Positions 43,604 to 53,665 of a DNA stretch of 64,000 nt are shown here, in pieces. Location of the stretch: the NCBI GenBank assembly GCA_035543335.1, contig DASZZH010000025.1, positions 184,185-248,184 on the forward strand, in the 5' to 3' direction. How positions within the stretch are numbered: position 1 is the stretch's first letter; the number at the start of each line of letters is the position of its first letter. The notes beneath the pieces are model-generated. The model ran no database searches and was not told the origin of the DNA. It was given only the letters and a program-made list of their open reading frames with translations. This DNA comes from Burkholderiales bacterium. GTDB lineage: Bacteria; Pseudomonadota; Gammaproteobacteria; Burkholderiales; JAHFRG01. The position numbers and the translations under genes were made by a program.

Positions 43604-43864
43604 TTACCCGGCAGCCAGCCGCTGCCTGACTTCCGCTTCCGAGATTCCCGCAATTTCCACGACCTTCCTCGGCGAAGCGTGACCGGAGGCGATAAGCACT
43701 TGGTCCTTGGGCAAATCAAGCGCCTCGGCCAAAACTTCCCGCACCGCGAAGTTCGCCTTGCCTTGTTCCGGCGCGGCGCTGACGCAGATTTTCAGCGTAT
43801 CGCCCATCCAGCCCGCAACCGCGTTTCGCGAAGACTTGGGCACCACCTTGATTTTGAGTTTCAT
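43604..43864 (-). CDS. DUF167 (YggU-like) protein
   Basis: 86 aa. KVVPKSSRN...[14 protein letters not shown] is the typical DUF167 pattern. ATGA overlap with the upstream macro gene. Confidence 0.8.
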   Translation of the reverse strand: MKLKIKVVPKSSRNAVAGWMGDTLKICVSAAPEQGKANFAVREVLAEALDLPKDQVLIASGHASPRKVVEIAGISEAEVRQRLAAG

Positions 43865-44385
43865 GCACGGCGGCCTAAAGCATACAAGCAGGCCCGATAC
43901 ACCGGCTCATCAAAGCACGCGAAATACACCTGCTTTAACGAGCGTTGTTTTTCCAGCGCTTTCAGCGTTTCTCCAGCGGCTATGGCGCAGGCCTGCTCGA
44001 TTGGATAGCCATAGACGCCGCAACTGATGGCGGGGAAAGCCATGGTTTGAATTCCATGCTGAACTGCGAGCTTGAAGCTTTCGCGATAACAGGAAGCCAG
44101 CAGTTCCGGTTCATTGCTCTTGCCGCCTTTCCATACCGGCCCGACCGTGTGAATAACATGCCTGGTTTTCAGGCGATAACCCTTGGTGATTTTCGCCTTG
44201 CCGGTTTCGCAGCCACCCAATGTTCGGCATTCGGCAAGGAGTTCCGGTCCCGCTATGCGGTGGATCGCTCCATCCACGCCGCCGCCGCCGAGCAGCGTAG
44301 TGTTTGCGGCATTGACAATCGCATCCACCTCGAGCTCGGTAATATCGCCTTTTACCACCTTGATTCGATCAGTTGCCGCAAGCAT
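43861..44385 (-). CDS. ymdB: Macro-domain protein (O-acetyl-ADP-ribose deacetylase, YmdB-like)
   Basis: [28 protein letters not shown] and [12 protein letters not shown]. Confidence 0.9.
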   Translation of the reverse strand: MLAATDRIKVVKGDITELEVDAIVNAANTTLLGGGGVDGAIHRIAGPELLAECRTLGGCETGKAKITKGYRLKTRHVIHTVGPVWKGGKSNEPELLASCYRESFKLAVQHGIQTMAFPAISCGVYGYPIEQACAIAAGETLKALEKQRSLKQVYFACFDEPVYRACLYALGRRA

Positions 44386-44389
44386 TGCT

Positions 44390-45454
44390 TCACCCTTCGT
44401 CTTGCACCACCGTGTAGGGATCGGCAGGCTTGTCTGGATTGGTCCGCGTAAGTTTCAGGCTCTGCGGATTGTAGGGCGGGATGCATGATGCCAGGCGCGT
44501 TTCCACGCTCCAATGAACCTTCGGGAATTTGTCGAGGCTGTTTACATCGCGCACTTTTCTTTTGGTGAGCGCCATGATGCCTTGGCGCGAATTGCGCAGC
44601 TCGCCCCAAGGATTGGGTTTCAGCCGCAAATCTGCAAGCGTATTCCCGTCAAACCCGAGTCCGTTTATTTTGGCCTTGGCGATTATCCAATTCAGCGCCA
44701 GATCCGAAAGACCGGTGTCCGCATAACCGCCGCCGACATTCGAATGCACGCCGCAAAACCAGACCTGCTCAATCCCATCGCGGTCATCCCATAAAGTAGG
44801 CATGAATTCCGCGCGCTCCTCGTCCAGCGCCACCGCGTGGTAGCCGTGCCTCACCTGCGGATGAAGAGCGGTGTCATGAAAGCGCTCGATCCAGCGGTTA
44901 ATACCCCTGAAGAAAATCAGCGGGATACCCAGCGCGCCCACGGTATCCCACACGCCTATCATCTCGATGTCAGTATCGTAGGAATGCGCCTGTTTGAACG
45001 CTTTCTTCTCCTCGGCATCGCCGTGGCGGTACACAAGATACGCCTCCTGAATGTTTTGCCTGCGCTCCTGGTCCGGCCAGTTCAGGTCATCGCGCAAAAC
45101 CCCGCACGCCACGATGAATCCGCCCAGACTGCGGGCAGTATAAGCGCCGCGGCTGAAGCCAAACAGGAACAGCCGGTCGCCTGCCTGGTAATTTTTGACG
45201 ATGAACTCATAGCAGTCCTTGATGTTTTCGGATAAGCCAATGCCAAGCAGGCCGCCCAGAATGCGCGTGCCGAAATTGGTGCCCACGCCCGAATCGTAAA
45301 AAAGCGCCTTTCCTTCGCTTTTTGACTCGCGCCCGCTGGTTCCGCCCAGCGCTTTAAAAATCTTGAAAACATTGGTCGGTGCGGGCTTGCCGCGGTCTTT
45401 TTCTGACGGCTTGTTCCAGGTACCGTCGGCGCAAACGATGATATCTTTAGGCAT
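44390..45454 (-). CDS. DUF2235 (Tle1-like alpha/beta hydrolase) protein
   Basis: IVCADGTWN at the N-terminus, nucleophile elbow GFSRGA, and [10 protein letters not shown]. Confidence 0.8.
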   Translation of the reverse strand: MPKDIIVCADGTWNKPSEKDRGKPAPTNVFKIFKALGGTSGRESKSEGKALFYDSGVGTNFGTRILGGLLGIGLSENIKDCYEFIVKNYQAGDRLFLFGFSRGAYTARSLGGFIVACGVLRDDLNWPDQERRQNIQEAYLVYRHGDAEEKKAFKQAHSYDTDIEMIGVWDTVGALGIPLIFFRGINRWIERFHDTALHPQVRHGYHAVALDEERAEFMPTLWDDRDGIEQVWFCGVHSNVGGGYADTGLSDLALNWIIAKAKINGLGFDGNTLADLRLKPNPWGELRNSRQGIMALTKRKVRDVNSLDKFPKVHWSVETRLASCIPPYNPQSLKLTRTNPDKPADPYTVVQDEG

Positions 45455-45521
45455 GGCTCTATCCGAGAATCTGAGGTATCGTTTTCCTTATCATTCTAGC
45501 GCCAAGCAGCGGAGGGACAAA

Positions 45522-45941
45522 ATGAAAACTCATCGCCAGGAATTGCTATTTAAAACCCCCACCAAGGAAGCGTTCATCAACATCACCCCGCAAGTCGAGG
45601 AAGCGCTGAAGGCAAGCGGCGTCAAGGAAGGACTGGTGCTGGTCAACGCGATGCATATTACCGCTTCGGTGTTCGTCAATGACGACGAGCGGGGCTTGCA
45701 CAGCGACTTTACCCGCTTTCTGGAGGGGCTTGCTCCCCACCAACCCATCAAGCAATACCGCCACAACGACACTGGCGAGGACAACGCCGATGCCCACATC
45801 AAGCGCCAGCTATTTGGGCGCGAAGTCGTGGTTGCAGTGACTTCGGGAAAACTGGATTTCGGCCCTTGGGAGCAGATTTTCTACGGTGAATTCGACGGCC
45901 GGCGTCCGAAGCGGGTGCTGGTAAAAATCATCGGGGAATAG
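45522..45941 (+). CDS. yjbQ: YjbQ/UPF0047 family protein (secondary thiamine-phosphate synthase)
   Basis: 139 aa. [18 protein letters not shown] and [24 protein letters not shown]. Confidence 0.85.
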   Translation: MKTHRQELLFKTPTKEAFINITPQVEEALKASGVKEGLVLVNAMHITASVFVNDDERGLHSDFTRFLEGLAPHQPIKQYRHNDTGEDNADAHIKRQLFGREVVVAVTSGKLDFGPWEQIFYGEFDGRRPKRVLVKIIGE

Positions 45942-46038
45942 ACCGCCCTGCTCCTAAAGGGTATAAGGGCTTACCGCAAATTGCTTCACGGGATAAACTG
46001 TCTTTAAATGAAGGTAGAAAGGCGATTCCGGAGGGAAC

Positions 46039-46788
46039 ATGAGACTGCATATTCTCAGTAACCTGCACCTGGAGTTAGGCGATTTCGTCCCGCCTGACAC
46101 CAGCGCGGACGCGGTCATTCTTGCCGGGGATATTCATGTGCAGGAACATGGCATTGACTGGGCAGTTAAACACTTTTCGGTGCCTGTCTATTATGTCCTT
46201 GGGAACTACGAGTTCTACGGCGGGCATCTTGAGCGCACGGTGAAGCGGCTCAAGCAAAAAACCGCCGGCACAAACGTACGCGTGCTCGAGTGCGATGAAG
46301 CTATTCAGGAGAACGTTCGCTTTTTGGGCGGCACCTGTTGGACGGACTTCTCGGCAACCGGCAATCTCCAGCTGGCCATGTCGGATGCGCGCCAGACGAT
46401 GAGCGATTACCGCGAAATCCGGGCCGGCATGGGCTTTCGCAAGCTTCGTCCCGAAGACACCCAGAAGAAGCACACCGAATTCAAGGCATGGCTGCGGAAA
46501 AAACTCAATGAGCCCTTTGACGGCAAGACGGTTGTGATTACCCATCACGCGCCATCCATTCTGTCAATTGCGCCCGAATACCTGGACGAGTTCACTCACG
46601 GTAGCGCGGCTTATGTCAACCGCATGGAGCACCTGATGGGCAAGCCGGTTGCGCTCTGGGTGCACGGCCAGACACACAGCAAGTTTGACTATGAGATTTC
46701 GAGTACCCATGTGGTGTGCAACCCGCGCGGCCACCATGGCCTCAGGCTCAACAAGCAATTTGACCCTCGGCTGGTGATAGAGCTTTAA
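46039..46788 (+). CDS. Calcineurin-like metallophosphoesterase
   Basis: Metal-ligand motifs LSNLHLE, AGDIH, GNYEF, THHAP and GQTH. Confidence 0.75.
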   Translation: MRLHILSNLHLELGDFVPPDTSADAVILAGDIHVQEHGIDWAVKHFSVPVYYVLGNYEFYGGHLERTVKRLKQKTAGTNVRVLECDEAIQENVRFLGGTCWTDFSATGNLQLAMSDARQTMSDYREIRAGMGFRKLRPEDTQKKHTEFKAWLRKKLNEPFDGKTVVITHHAPSILSIAPEYLDEFTHGSAAYVNRMEHLMGKPVALWVHGQTHSKFDYEISSTHVVCNPRGHHGLRLNKQFDPRLVIEL

Positions 46789-46809
46789 AGTTCGCGCCTT
46801 ATGAGAGAA

Positions 46810-46865
46810 GCGAATTTGACGGCCGCCGCTGCAAAAGGGTACTGGTGAAAATCATCGGGGAGTAA
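46810..46865 (+). pseudogene. Detached copy A of the yjbQ 3' end (56 bp, with its own TAA)
   Basis: It encodes ...[16 protein letters not shown]. It aligns to 45886-45941. Confidence 0.75.
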
Positions 46866-46883
46866 TGGTTGCGACACCCGGGC

Positions 46884-47888
46884 TTACGCCAGGAGATACC
46901 GGCCGGACTTTCGCGTACCCTCGCGCTTGACCAAATCCGCTTCCATGAGCGGCCGTAGCAAGTCAATCGCGCCTTGCTTGGAGACACCTAACCCATCCCA
47001 GATTTCCTTGGGACTCATGCTGCCCCGCTCACGAAGCAGTTGCAGCAATTGCTCCTGTTTGGGTCGCAGCACCAGTTTTTTTCCTTTCGACTGAGCCGAC
47101 AGACCTTGCACACGCTTCCAGACCTGCTGGAGTGTCAGCAATAATCCTTCCGCAGCGTATTCCAGCCAAGAGGTCAGATCATCGCCTTGCTGCGGCACGG
47201 CCCGCAGGGCCGCGTAATAACGAGGCCGGTTCTCCCAGTAGTACTCGTCCACCGAGAAAATGTGGTGCGTATCGAACCCGCGCCGGTACAACTCCCATAG
47301 AGCCAGCGCGCGGCCCGTCCGTCCATTGCCGTCAGCGAAAGGATGAATGGCTTCGAACCGATAATGGACGATCGCGGAACTGATAACTGGCGACAATATC
47401 CCCGATGTCTTGTTCCACCATTGCAGAAACTCAAACATGAGACCGGATACCTGCTCCGGCGGCGGTGGCACGTATGAGCCCACTCGAACCTGCGTTGTGC
47501 GGTAGCGTCCTGCCTCTCCCTGGTTCATCACGTTCCCCGCGATGATTTTGTGAAGCTTGAGGACATCCTCGTGGGTGATGAGACTCTTCTTGGCGTGCTT
47601 CTCGAGATGCCGCAGCGCCGCAAAATAATTCAGCACCTCCCGCTTGTCCCGGGTGCTGACCGTCGCCAGTTCGCGGCCCTCCTCAACGGCCCGCACTTGT
47701 TCAAGAGTCAGCGGATTGCCTTCAATCGCCGTCGAGGAGTGCGCGAGGCGTGCCCGCGTGTCCTTCTGCAACGTCGGAATCCAAGGCACTTCGACTGCGG
47801 CGTTCACAATCCAACCCCGCAGCGCCGCTATTTCTTCGACGCGGGTAAGCAACTGCGGGGTGATGGTGAACTTCGGCTGATAGCTCAT
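46884..47888 (-). CDS. Fic-family protein (AMPylase-type) with a C-terminal winged-helix domain
   Basis: Fic motif HPFADGNGRTGRA, an N-terminal inhibitory-helix motif STAIEGN ([ST]xxxE[GN]), and a C-terminal wHTH-like tail. Confidence 0.9.
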   Translation of the reverse strand: MSYQPKFTITPQLLTRVEEIAALRGWIVNAAVEVPWIPTLQKDTRARLAHSSTAIEGNPLTLEQVRAVEEGRELATVSTRDKREVLNYFAALRHLEKHAKKSLITHEDVLKLHKIIAGNVMNQGEAGRYRTTQVRVGSYVPPPPEQVSGLMFEFLQWWNKTSGILSPVISSAIVHYRFEAIHPFADGNGRTGRALALWELYRRGFDTHHIFSVDEYYWENRPRYYAALRAVPQQGDDLTSWLEYAAEGLLLTLQQVWKRVQGLSAQSKGKKLVLRPKQEQLLQLLRERGSMSPKEIWDGLGVSKQGAIDLLRPLMEADLVKREGTRKSGRYLLA

Positions 47889-47908
47889 GGCGCTGAGCTT
47901 ACGCCGTA

Positions 47909-47937
47909 AGTCAAGTATAAGTCAAGTTATCAGTCAA
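47909..47937 (-). promoter_or_regulatory. Three direct TTGACT repeats upstream of fic (candidate promoter or operator)
   Basis: On the minus strand: TTGACTgataacTTGACTtatacTTGACT. The 11-12 bp spacing ends about 20 nt before the fic ATG. Confidence 0.35.
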
Positions 47938-47967
47938 CCTGTGGCTCAAGCAGCGGCAAGACTTGCC

Positions 47968-48117
47968 CTATAGTTCGCCTTTGAACGCATGGTCGAGGAT
48001 GGGAGGAAGCAGAGCGTCGAGTTCGGCGGCGGTTTCGGCTTGCGGACGTTTAAGCTCGTCGGAAAGTCTCAACCGATTCGTTCCCAGAAAGGGAGCGATA
48101 ACCCCCAATTTAGGTAA
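47968..48117 (-). pseudogene. hsdS: Remnant of a type I restriction-modification specificity subunit (HsdS) C-terminus
   Basis: My manual translation gives ...[35 protein letters not shown]. The AF(K/R)GEL ending is characteristic of HsdS. There is no start codon or N-terminal domains. Confidence 0.5.
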
Positions 48118-48130
48118 TTACGACCTAGCT

Positions 48131-48248
48131 GCCGAAGTCGTGGTCGCCGTCACCGGCGGCAAGCTCGACTTCTGGCCCTGGGACCAGATTTTCTACGGCG
48201 AGTTCGACGGCCGCCGCCGCAAAAGGGTGCTGGTAAAGATTATCGGGG
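48131..48248 (+). pseudogene. Detached copy B of the yjbQ 3' part (118 bp, no proper stop)
   Basis: It encodes [38 protein letters not shown]. It aligns to 45819-45936. Confidence 0.75.
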
Positions 48249-48313
48249 CAAGGCTCGAACTAGGGGCCCGGATTAAATAAAGCCCGCAGACCAAACCTGA
48301 CGTGTTGCAACGA

Positions 48314-50143
48314 TTATTCCACCGTCACCGACTTGGCGAGATTGCGTGGCTTGTCCACATCGGTACCCCGTTGCAGTGCGGCGTGATAGGCGAGGAGCTG
48401 CAGCGGCACAACGTGGAGTATCGGGCTCAAATAACCCGCGTGCTCCTGCATGCGAATGACGTGTATCGCCTCGCCTTCCTGAACGCGGGAGTCGGCGTCA
48501 GCGAAAACGTAAAGCTCGCCGCCGCGGGCGCGGACCTCCTGCAAGTTTGACTTGAGCTTTTCGAGCAGCGCGTCATTAGGCGCGACCGCTACCACCGGCA
48601 TGTCCTGGTCCACCAGCGCGAGCGGGCCGTGCTTCAATTCTCCCGCCGGATAGGCCTCGGCGTGGATGTAGGAAATTTCCTTGAGCTTCAACGCGCCTTC
48701 CATGGCGATCGGATAATGAATGCCGCGCCCCAAGAACAGCGCGTGCTGCTTCACCGCGAATTTCTCCGCCCAGGCCATCACCTGCTTTTCCAGCCCCAGC
48801 ACGTTTTGCACCGCAGTCGGCAGATGGCGCAGCGCTAAGACCCATTCGGCTTCGCGCTCCTTGCTTAAGCGCTTGCGCTGCTTGGCAAGGACGAGCGCGA
48901 GCAGAAACAGCGCGACCAACTGGGTGGTGAAGGCTTTGGTCGAGGCGACGCCGATTTCCGGCCCCGCCCGGGTCATGAACCTTAAGCCCGATTCGCGAAC
49001 CAGCGCCGATTCGGGAACGTTGCAAACGCACAGCGTGTGCACGTGGCCGAGCGATTTGGCGTGCTTCAACGCCGCCACGGTGTCCGCCGTCTCGCCCGAT
49101 TGCGAAATCGTAATCACCAGCGCATCGGGATTAGGCACGCTGTCGCGGTAGCGGTATTCGCTCGCCACTTCGACGTTGCAGGGCAGGCCGGCCAGTCCCT
49201 CCATCCAGTAGCGCGCCACCAGGCCGGCGTGAAAGCTTGTGCCGCAGGCGACCATCAGCACGCTTTTCACGCGCGCGAGAGTTTTCGCCGCGCCAGGGCC
49301 AAAGATTGCCGGCGTGAGCGCCGCGCCGTACATCACGCCTTCCAGGGTGTCGGCAATCGCGCGCGGCTGCTCGTGGATTTCCTTTTCCATGAAATGGCGG
49401 TAGGTTCCGAGCTCCGCCGTCTCCGGGCTGAGATTGCTCACGTGCACCGGCCGCTCGACCTTTTTCCCCCTGGCGTCGTAAATCGTATAACCGGAAAGCT
49501 CGATGTCGGCGACGTCGCCTTCTTCGAGGTAAACCATTTTCTGCGTCACCGGCAGCAGCGCAGACGCGTCGGAGGCGAGGAAATTTTCGCCGACGCCGAG
49601 CCCCAGCAGCAGGGGACTGCCTTTGCGGGCGCACACCAGATGGTCCGTCGCATCGCCCGCAATCACGCCTATCGCATAGGCGCCGGTGAGTTCCGCCACC
49701 GCTTTCTGCGTCGCGGTCAGCAGATTTTTTTCGCGCTCATAGTAATGATGGATGAGGTGGGCAATCACCTCGGTGTCGGTGTCGGAAGTAAACTCGTAGC
49801 CGAGTTTCTTCAGCCGCGCGCGCAGCACCTCGTGGTTTTCGATGATGCCGTTGTGAACCACCGCCAGCGTGCCGCCGCTCACGTGCGGGTGGGCGTTCTT
49901 CTCGGTGGGCGCACCATGCGTCGCCCAGCGGGTGTGAGCGATGCCCAGCTGTCCCTGCACGTTTTGTTTTTGCGCCTGGTTGCTCAGTTCGGCGATACGG
50001 CCCACGCTGCGGATGCGTTTCAAGCCGCCGTTAATCACCGCGAGGCCGGCCGAGTCGTAGCCGCGATATTCGAGGCGGCGCAGGCCTTCGAGCAAAATCG
50101 GCACGACGTTATGGCGGGCAATCGCCCCGACTATTCCACACAC
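48314..50143 (-). CDS. glmS: Glutamine--fructose-6-phosphate aminotransferase
   Basis: N-terminal MCGIVG (Ntn Cys), SIS domains and the C-terminal LAKSVTVE. Confidence 0.95.
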   Translation of the reverse strand: MCGIVGAIARHNVVPILLEGLRRLEYRGYDSAGLAVINGGLKRIRSVGRIAELSNQAQKQNVQGQLGIAHTRWATHGAPTEKNAHPHVSGGTLAVVHNGIIENHEVLRARLKKLGYEFTSDTDTEVIAHLIHHYYEREKNLLTATQKAVAELTGAYAIGVIAGDATDHLVCARKGSPLLLGLGVGENFLASDASALLPVTQKMVYLEEGDVADIELSGYTIYDARGKKVERPVHVSNLSPETAELGTYRHFMEKEIHEQPRAIADTLEGVMYGAALTPAIFGPGAAKTLARVKSVLMVACGTSFHAGLVARYWMEGLAGLPCNVEVASEYRYRDSVPNPDALVITISQSGETADTVAALKHAKSLGHVHTLCVCNVPESALVRESGLRFMTRAGPEIGVASTKAFTTQLVALFLLALVLAKQRKRLSKEREAEWVLALRHLPTAVQNVLGLEKQVMAWAEKFAVKQHALFLGRGIHYPIAMEGALKLKEISYIHAEAYPAGELKHGPLALVDQDMPVVAVAPNDALLEKLKSNLQEVRARGGELYVFADADSRVQEGEAIHVIRMQEHAGYLSPILHVVPLQLLAYHAALQRGTDVDKPRNLAKSVTVE

Positions 50144-50153
50144 GGTTTACTCC

Positions 50154-51521
50154 TCACTCCTTACTCCTCACGGTTTTCCTCACCGGGCGCTTCCAGCCGC
50201 TCACTGATACCTGCTTCACCCGCGAAATCGTGAGCTCTCCCGCCGGCGCGTCCCGGGTCACGGTGGTGCCGGCGCCGATGGTCGCGCCCTTGTGCACGGT
50301 CACCGGCGCGACGAGTTGGGTGTCGGAGCCGATGAACACGTCGTCTTCAATTACCGTGCGGTGCTTGTTTGCTCCGTCATAATTGCAGGTAATCGTGCCC
50401 GCGCCGATGTTGACGTTTTTGCCGACCGTGGTATCGCCGACGTAGCTTAAGTGATTGGCCTTGCTTTTAAGGCCGACGCGGCTGTTCTTCACTTCGACAA
50501 AATTGCCGATATGCGCCCCAGCATCCAGCAGGGTTCCGGGGCGGATGCGTGAATAAGGTCCGACACGGCAATCCCTGCCGATTTCCGCGCCTTCAATCAC
50601 GCAATAAGGCAGAAGCTCGGTTCCCGCTGCAATTTTCACGTCTTTCAGCACGCAATACGCGCCCACTTTAACATTATTGCCCAAGGCCACGGCGCCTTCG
50701 AAGATACAGCCGATGTCGATTTCCACGTCCCGCCCGCAGGCGAGCTCGCCGCGAATATCAATCCGTTCGGGATCGGCAATAGTCACGCCCTGCTCGAGCA
50801 GTTGATGAGCGCGCTCCGTTTGATACAGGCGCTCAAGTTGCGCAAGCTGCGCTTTGCTGTTGACGCCCAGCGTTTCCCAAACATGTTGCGGTTGAACGGC
50901 GGAAACTTTAACTCCGTCCTTGATCGCCAGCGCCACCACGTCGGTAAGATAGTATTCCTTCTGCGCGTTTTTGTTTCCGAGCTTGCTTAACCAGCCCGGG
51001 AGCTGCGACGTGGGAAGCGCCATGATGCCAGTGTTGACTTCGCGGATTTTTTTCTCCGCCGCACTCGCGTCTTTCTGCTCGACAATGCGCACCACATTAC
51101 CGTCTTTGCCGCGCACGATACGGCCGTAACCGGCCGGGTCATCCAGCTCCACCGTCATCAGCGTGAGTTGGTTGGGCTTGAGCATGCGCTTGAGCGTGTC
51201 TGCCGCGATCAACGGCACATCGCCGCACAACACGAGAGTGATTCCGTCCTTGACCAGCTGCGGCAGCGCCTGCTTCAACGCATGGCCGGTGCCCAGCTGC
51301 GGTTCCTGCTTCACCATCACCGCTCCATCGCCACCGAAGCGTTCAGGCACGGCGTTGCCGCCGAGGCCGTACACCACGCAGAGTTTCGCGGGCTTCAACG
51401 CGCGCGCGCTTTCCAGCACATATTGCAGAAGCGGCTTTCCGGCAAGCGGGTGCAGCACCTTGGGCAAATCCGAGTGCATGCGCTTGCCCAGGCCGGCGGC
51501 GAGGATAACGATATTCAACAT
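50154..51521 (-). CDS. glmU: Bifunctional UDP-GlcNAc pyrophosphorylase / GlcN-1-P acetyltransferase
   Basis: LAAGLGKRM and C-terminal left-handed beta-helix hexapeptide repeats. Confidence 0.95.
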   Translation of the reverse strand: MLNIVILAAGLGKRMHSDLPKVLHPLAGKPLLQYVLESARALKPAKLCVVYGLGGNAVPERFGGDGAVMVKQEPQLGTGHALKQALPQLVKDGITLVLCGDVPLIAADTLKRMLKPNQLTLMTVELDDPAGYGRIVRGKDGNVVRIVEQKDASAAEKKIREVNTGIMALPTSQLPGWLSKLGNKNAQKEYYLTDVVALAIKDGVKVSAVQPQHVWETLGVNSKAQLAQLERLYQTERAHQLLEQGVTIADPERIDIRGELACGRDVEIDIGCIFEGAVALGNNVKVGAYCVLKDVKIAAGTELLPYCVIEGAEIGRDCRVGPYSRIRPGTLLDAGAHIGNFVEVKNSRVGLKSKANHLSYVGDTTVGKNVNIGAGTITCNYDGANKHRTVIEDDVFIGSDTQLVAPVTVHKGATIGAGTTVTRDAPAGELTISRVKQVSVSGWKRPVRKTVRSKE

Positions 51522-51560
51522 AGTTTTATCGCGGGATTATCGCACAAGGGCCGGCGGATT

Positions 51561-53066
51561 TCAGCGCTGTCCTACGCTGCCGCGGTTGAAAGCATAACGC
51601 TCGAGCGCCTCTTTGCCCGCGCGGTTGAAGTGCAGACCAGCTTTAGTACGCCGCCACAAAATGTCTTCCGCGTTTTTTGCCCATTCGCGTTCGATGAAAT
51701 AATCCACTTCCCGCTGGTACAATCCGGCGCCGAAGTGCAGGCCCAAATCCGATTCTTCCCGCGCTTCGCTTAATACTTCACGCGCCAGGCTGCCGTGACG
51801 GCGGGCCAAGGCGCGCAACAAGGATTGAGGAAGCTGGGGATAAGTGTCCGTTAAATCGGCGAGGAAGCGCTCGAAATCCGCGATATCGCCGCCAGGCAAA
51901 AACGTGCCGGAAGTCCAGGCGGGTTTCATCTGCAAAAACCAGGGAAAAAGCTTGTCCAGCGCCTGCTCCGAAAGCCTGCGGAAAGTTGTGATTTTTCCGC
52001 CAAACACCGAAAGCAGCGGCAGTCTTCCCTGATTATCCGTGTCCACGATGAGCTGGTAGTCACGGGTGACCCGGGAAGGGTTGGCGTGACCGTCGTCGTA
52101 AAGCGCGCGCACCCCGCTGTAGCGCCAGACCACAGCAGCAGGTGTGATCCTATATGTCAGATAACGGTTTACCGCGTCACAAAGATAGCCGGCTTCAGAA
52201 TCCGAAATAACGACCGAGGCGGGGTCGCCTTGATATGGAATGTCCGTCGTGCCGATCAGAGTGAATTGTTCCTGGAAGGGAATCATCAGCACGATGCGGC
52301 GGTCACGGTTTTGCAGCAAATAAGCATGATCTCCTTTATACTGCCGCGGCACTACGATGTGGCTGCCTTTCACCAAGCGGACCTTGTGCCTGGATGGCTG
52401 CTGAATCACGTCGGTAAACAACGCCCGCGCCCAGGGACCGGCGGCGTTGACCAAAGCCCTCGCCTTGACTGCTATATTCTCGGGGCCACGCTCAAGTACT
52501 GCATCCCACCACCCGCCGCTGCGTTTTGCCAAAACACAACGGGTGCGGGTCAAAATCTGCGCGCCGAGTTCTTGCGCGCTGCGCGCGTTGGCAACCACCA
52601 GCCTGGCATCATCCACCCGGCAATCGGTATAAACGAAGCCTCTTTCGAACTCGGCTTTCAGTGCCGCCCCATATACTGTGCTGCGCAAATCCACGGCGCG
52701 CGAGCCGGAAAGCCGGTGCCTGCTGCCGAGATGGTCATACAGCATGAGCCCCAAACGCAGCATCCACCGCGGCCGCAATTCTTTCACATGGGGCAGAACG
52801 AATTGAATGGGAGAAATCAGATGAGGCGCGGCGTCGAGCAGGACCTCGCGTTCCGTCAGCGCCTCCGATACCAATCGAAACGCGCAATGCTCGAGGTAGC
52901 GCAAGCCGCCGTGAATCAGCTTGCTGCTCGCTGATGAAGTCGCCGAGCCAAGGTCGTTCTGTTCACAAAGCACGACCGAAAGCCCGCGCCCTGCGGCATC
53001 GCGCGCAATGCCGGCGCCGTTAATACCGCCGCCGATGATCAGAAGGTCAACCGTGTCCTGCGCCAT
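51561..53066 (-). CDS. glpD: FAD-dependent glycerol-3-phosphate dehydrogenase
   Basis: DLLIIGGGINGAGIARDAAGRG and SSKLIHGGLRYLE. Confidence 0.9.
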   Translation of the reverse strand: MAQDTVDLLIIGGGINGAGIARDAAGRGLSVVLCEQNDLGSATSSASSKLIHGGLRYLEHCAFRLVSEALTEREVLLDAAPHLISPIQFVLPHVKELRPRWMLRLGLMLYDHLGSRHRLSGSRAVDLRSTVYGAALKAEFERGFVYTDCRVDDARLVVANARSAQELGAQILTRTRCVLAKRSGGWWDAVLERGPENIAVKARALVNAAGPWARALFTDVIQQPSRHKVRLVKGSHIVVPRQYKGDHAYLLQNRDRRIVLMIPFQEQFTLIGTTDIPYQGDPASVVISDSEAGYLCDAVNRYLTYRITPAAVVWRYSGVRALYDDGHANPSRVTRDYQLIVDTDNQGRLPLLSVFGGKITTFRRLSEQALDKLFPWFLQMKPAWTSGTFLPGGDIADFERFLADLTDTYPQLPQSLLRALARRHGSLAREVLSEAREESDLGLHFGAGLYQREVDYFIEREWAKNAEDILWRRTKAGLHFNRAGKEALERYAFNRGSVGQR

Positions 53067-53079
53067 GGTCGCTAAGCCC

Positions 53080-53110
53080 GCAAAAAAACAAAAGGCAGCC
53101 GAAGCTGCCT
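53080..53110 (-). terminator. Rho-independent terminator of the atp operon
   Basis: On the minus strand: GGCAGC-TTCG-GCTGCC followed by TTTTGTTTTTTT, 35 nt after the atpC stop. Confidence 0.7.
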
Positions 53111-53144
53111 CTGCAATTTTAACCGGGGGGCGCTTGCCACCAAG

Positions 53145-53564
53145 TTACTTCTTGCGCAGCTTGCGGATCGCAGCGAGTTGAGCCGCAAGGGAGGCGAGCT
53201 CGGCCTCGACCACCGCCACTTCCTGCTTGTCCTTGGCGTTGCGCCTGGCTTCCTCCGCTTGCTTCATCGCTTCCAGCGCTTTCGCTTCGTCCAAATCCTT
53301 GCCGCGGATCGCGGTGTCGGCGAGTACGGTAATCAGGTTCGGCTGCACTTCCAGGATGCCGCCCGCCACAAAAACTAGGATTTCTTCTTCCTGGTTCGGG
53401 ATTTTCATCCGTACCGCTCCGGGCTTGATGTGGGTCATCAACGGCGCGTGGTGCGGATAAATGCCGAGTTCGCCCATTTCGCCGGGAAGCACCACGAATT
53501 CCGCCTCGCCTGAGAAAATGGATTCTTCAGCGCTGACGATATCTACGTGTATGGTATTGGCCAT
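53145..53564 (-). CDS. atpC: F1 ATP synthase epsilon subunit
   Basis: 139 aa. Typical N-terminal beta-sandwich (VDIVSAE..IFSGE) and position in the operon. Confidence 0.9.
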   Translation of the reverse strand: MANTIHVDIVSAEESIFSGEAEFVVLPGEMGELGIYPHHAPLMTHIKPGAVRMKIPNQEEEILVFVAGGILEVQPNLITVLADTAIRGKDLDEAKALEAMKQAEEARRNAKDKQEVAVVEAELASLAAQLAAIRKLRKK

Positions 53565-53572
53565 TTTGCTCT

Positions 53573-53665
53573 GTGAACGGGTGAACGGGTGAATGGTGAA
53601 CGGGTAAAAAGAGGACGTTATGCCTCGATTTCCTCGTTCACTTGTTCACTTATTCACTGGTTCAC
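53573..53665. repeat. Inverted arrays of an 8-bp GTGAAC-containing unit in the atpD-atpC spacer
   Basis: Four GTGAA(C/T) units at 53573, 53581, 53589 and 53596. They face four (G/A)TTCAC units at 53636, 53644, 53652 and 53660. Confidence 0.7.

Noticed and set aside
44390-45454. The DUF2235 protein as a type VI secretion Tle1 effector.
   Set aside because: No T6SS structural genes, VgrG/PAAR or adjacent immunity lipoprotein are present in the window. Its operon partners are cytoplasmic-type proteins.
48250-48313. Possible Tn7-like insertion at the attTn7 position immediately downstream of glmS.
   Set aside because: No TGT-type transposon end, no repeated TnsB-binding sites and no tns genes are present. 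The accessory DNA is better explained by the repeated yjbQ 3' ends.
53573-53665. The GTGAAC repeat arrays as a CRISPR array.
   Set aside because: The units are only 7-8 bp with no spacers, and they are arranged as two facing arrays inside an operon spacer. There are no cas genes in the window.
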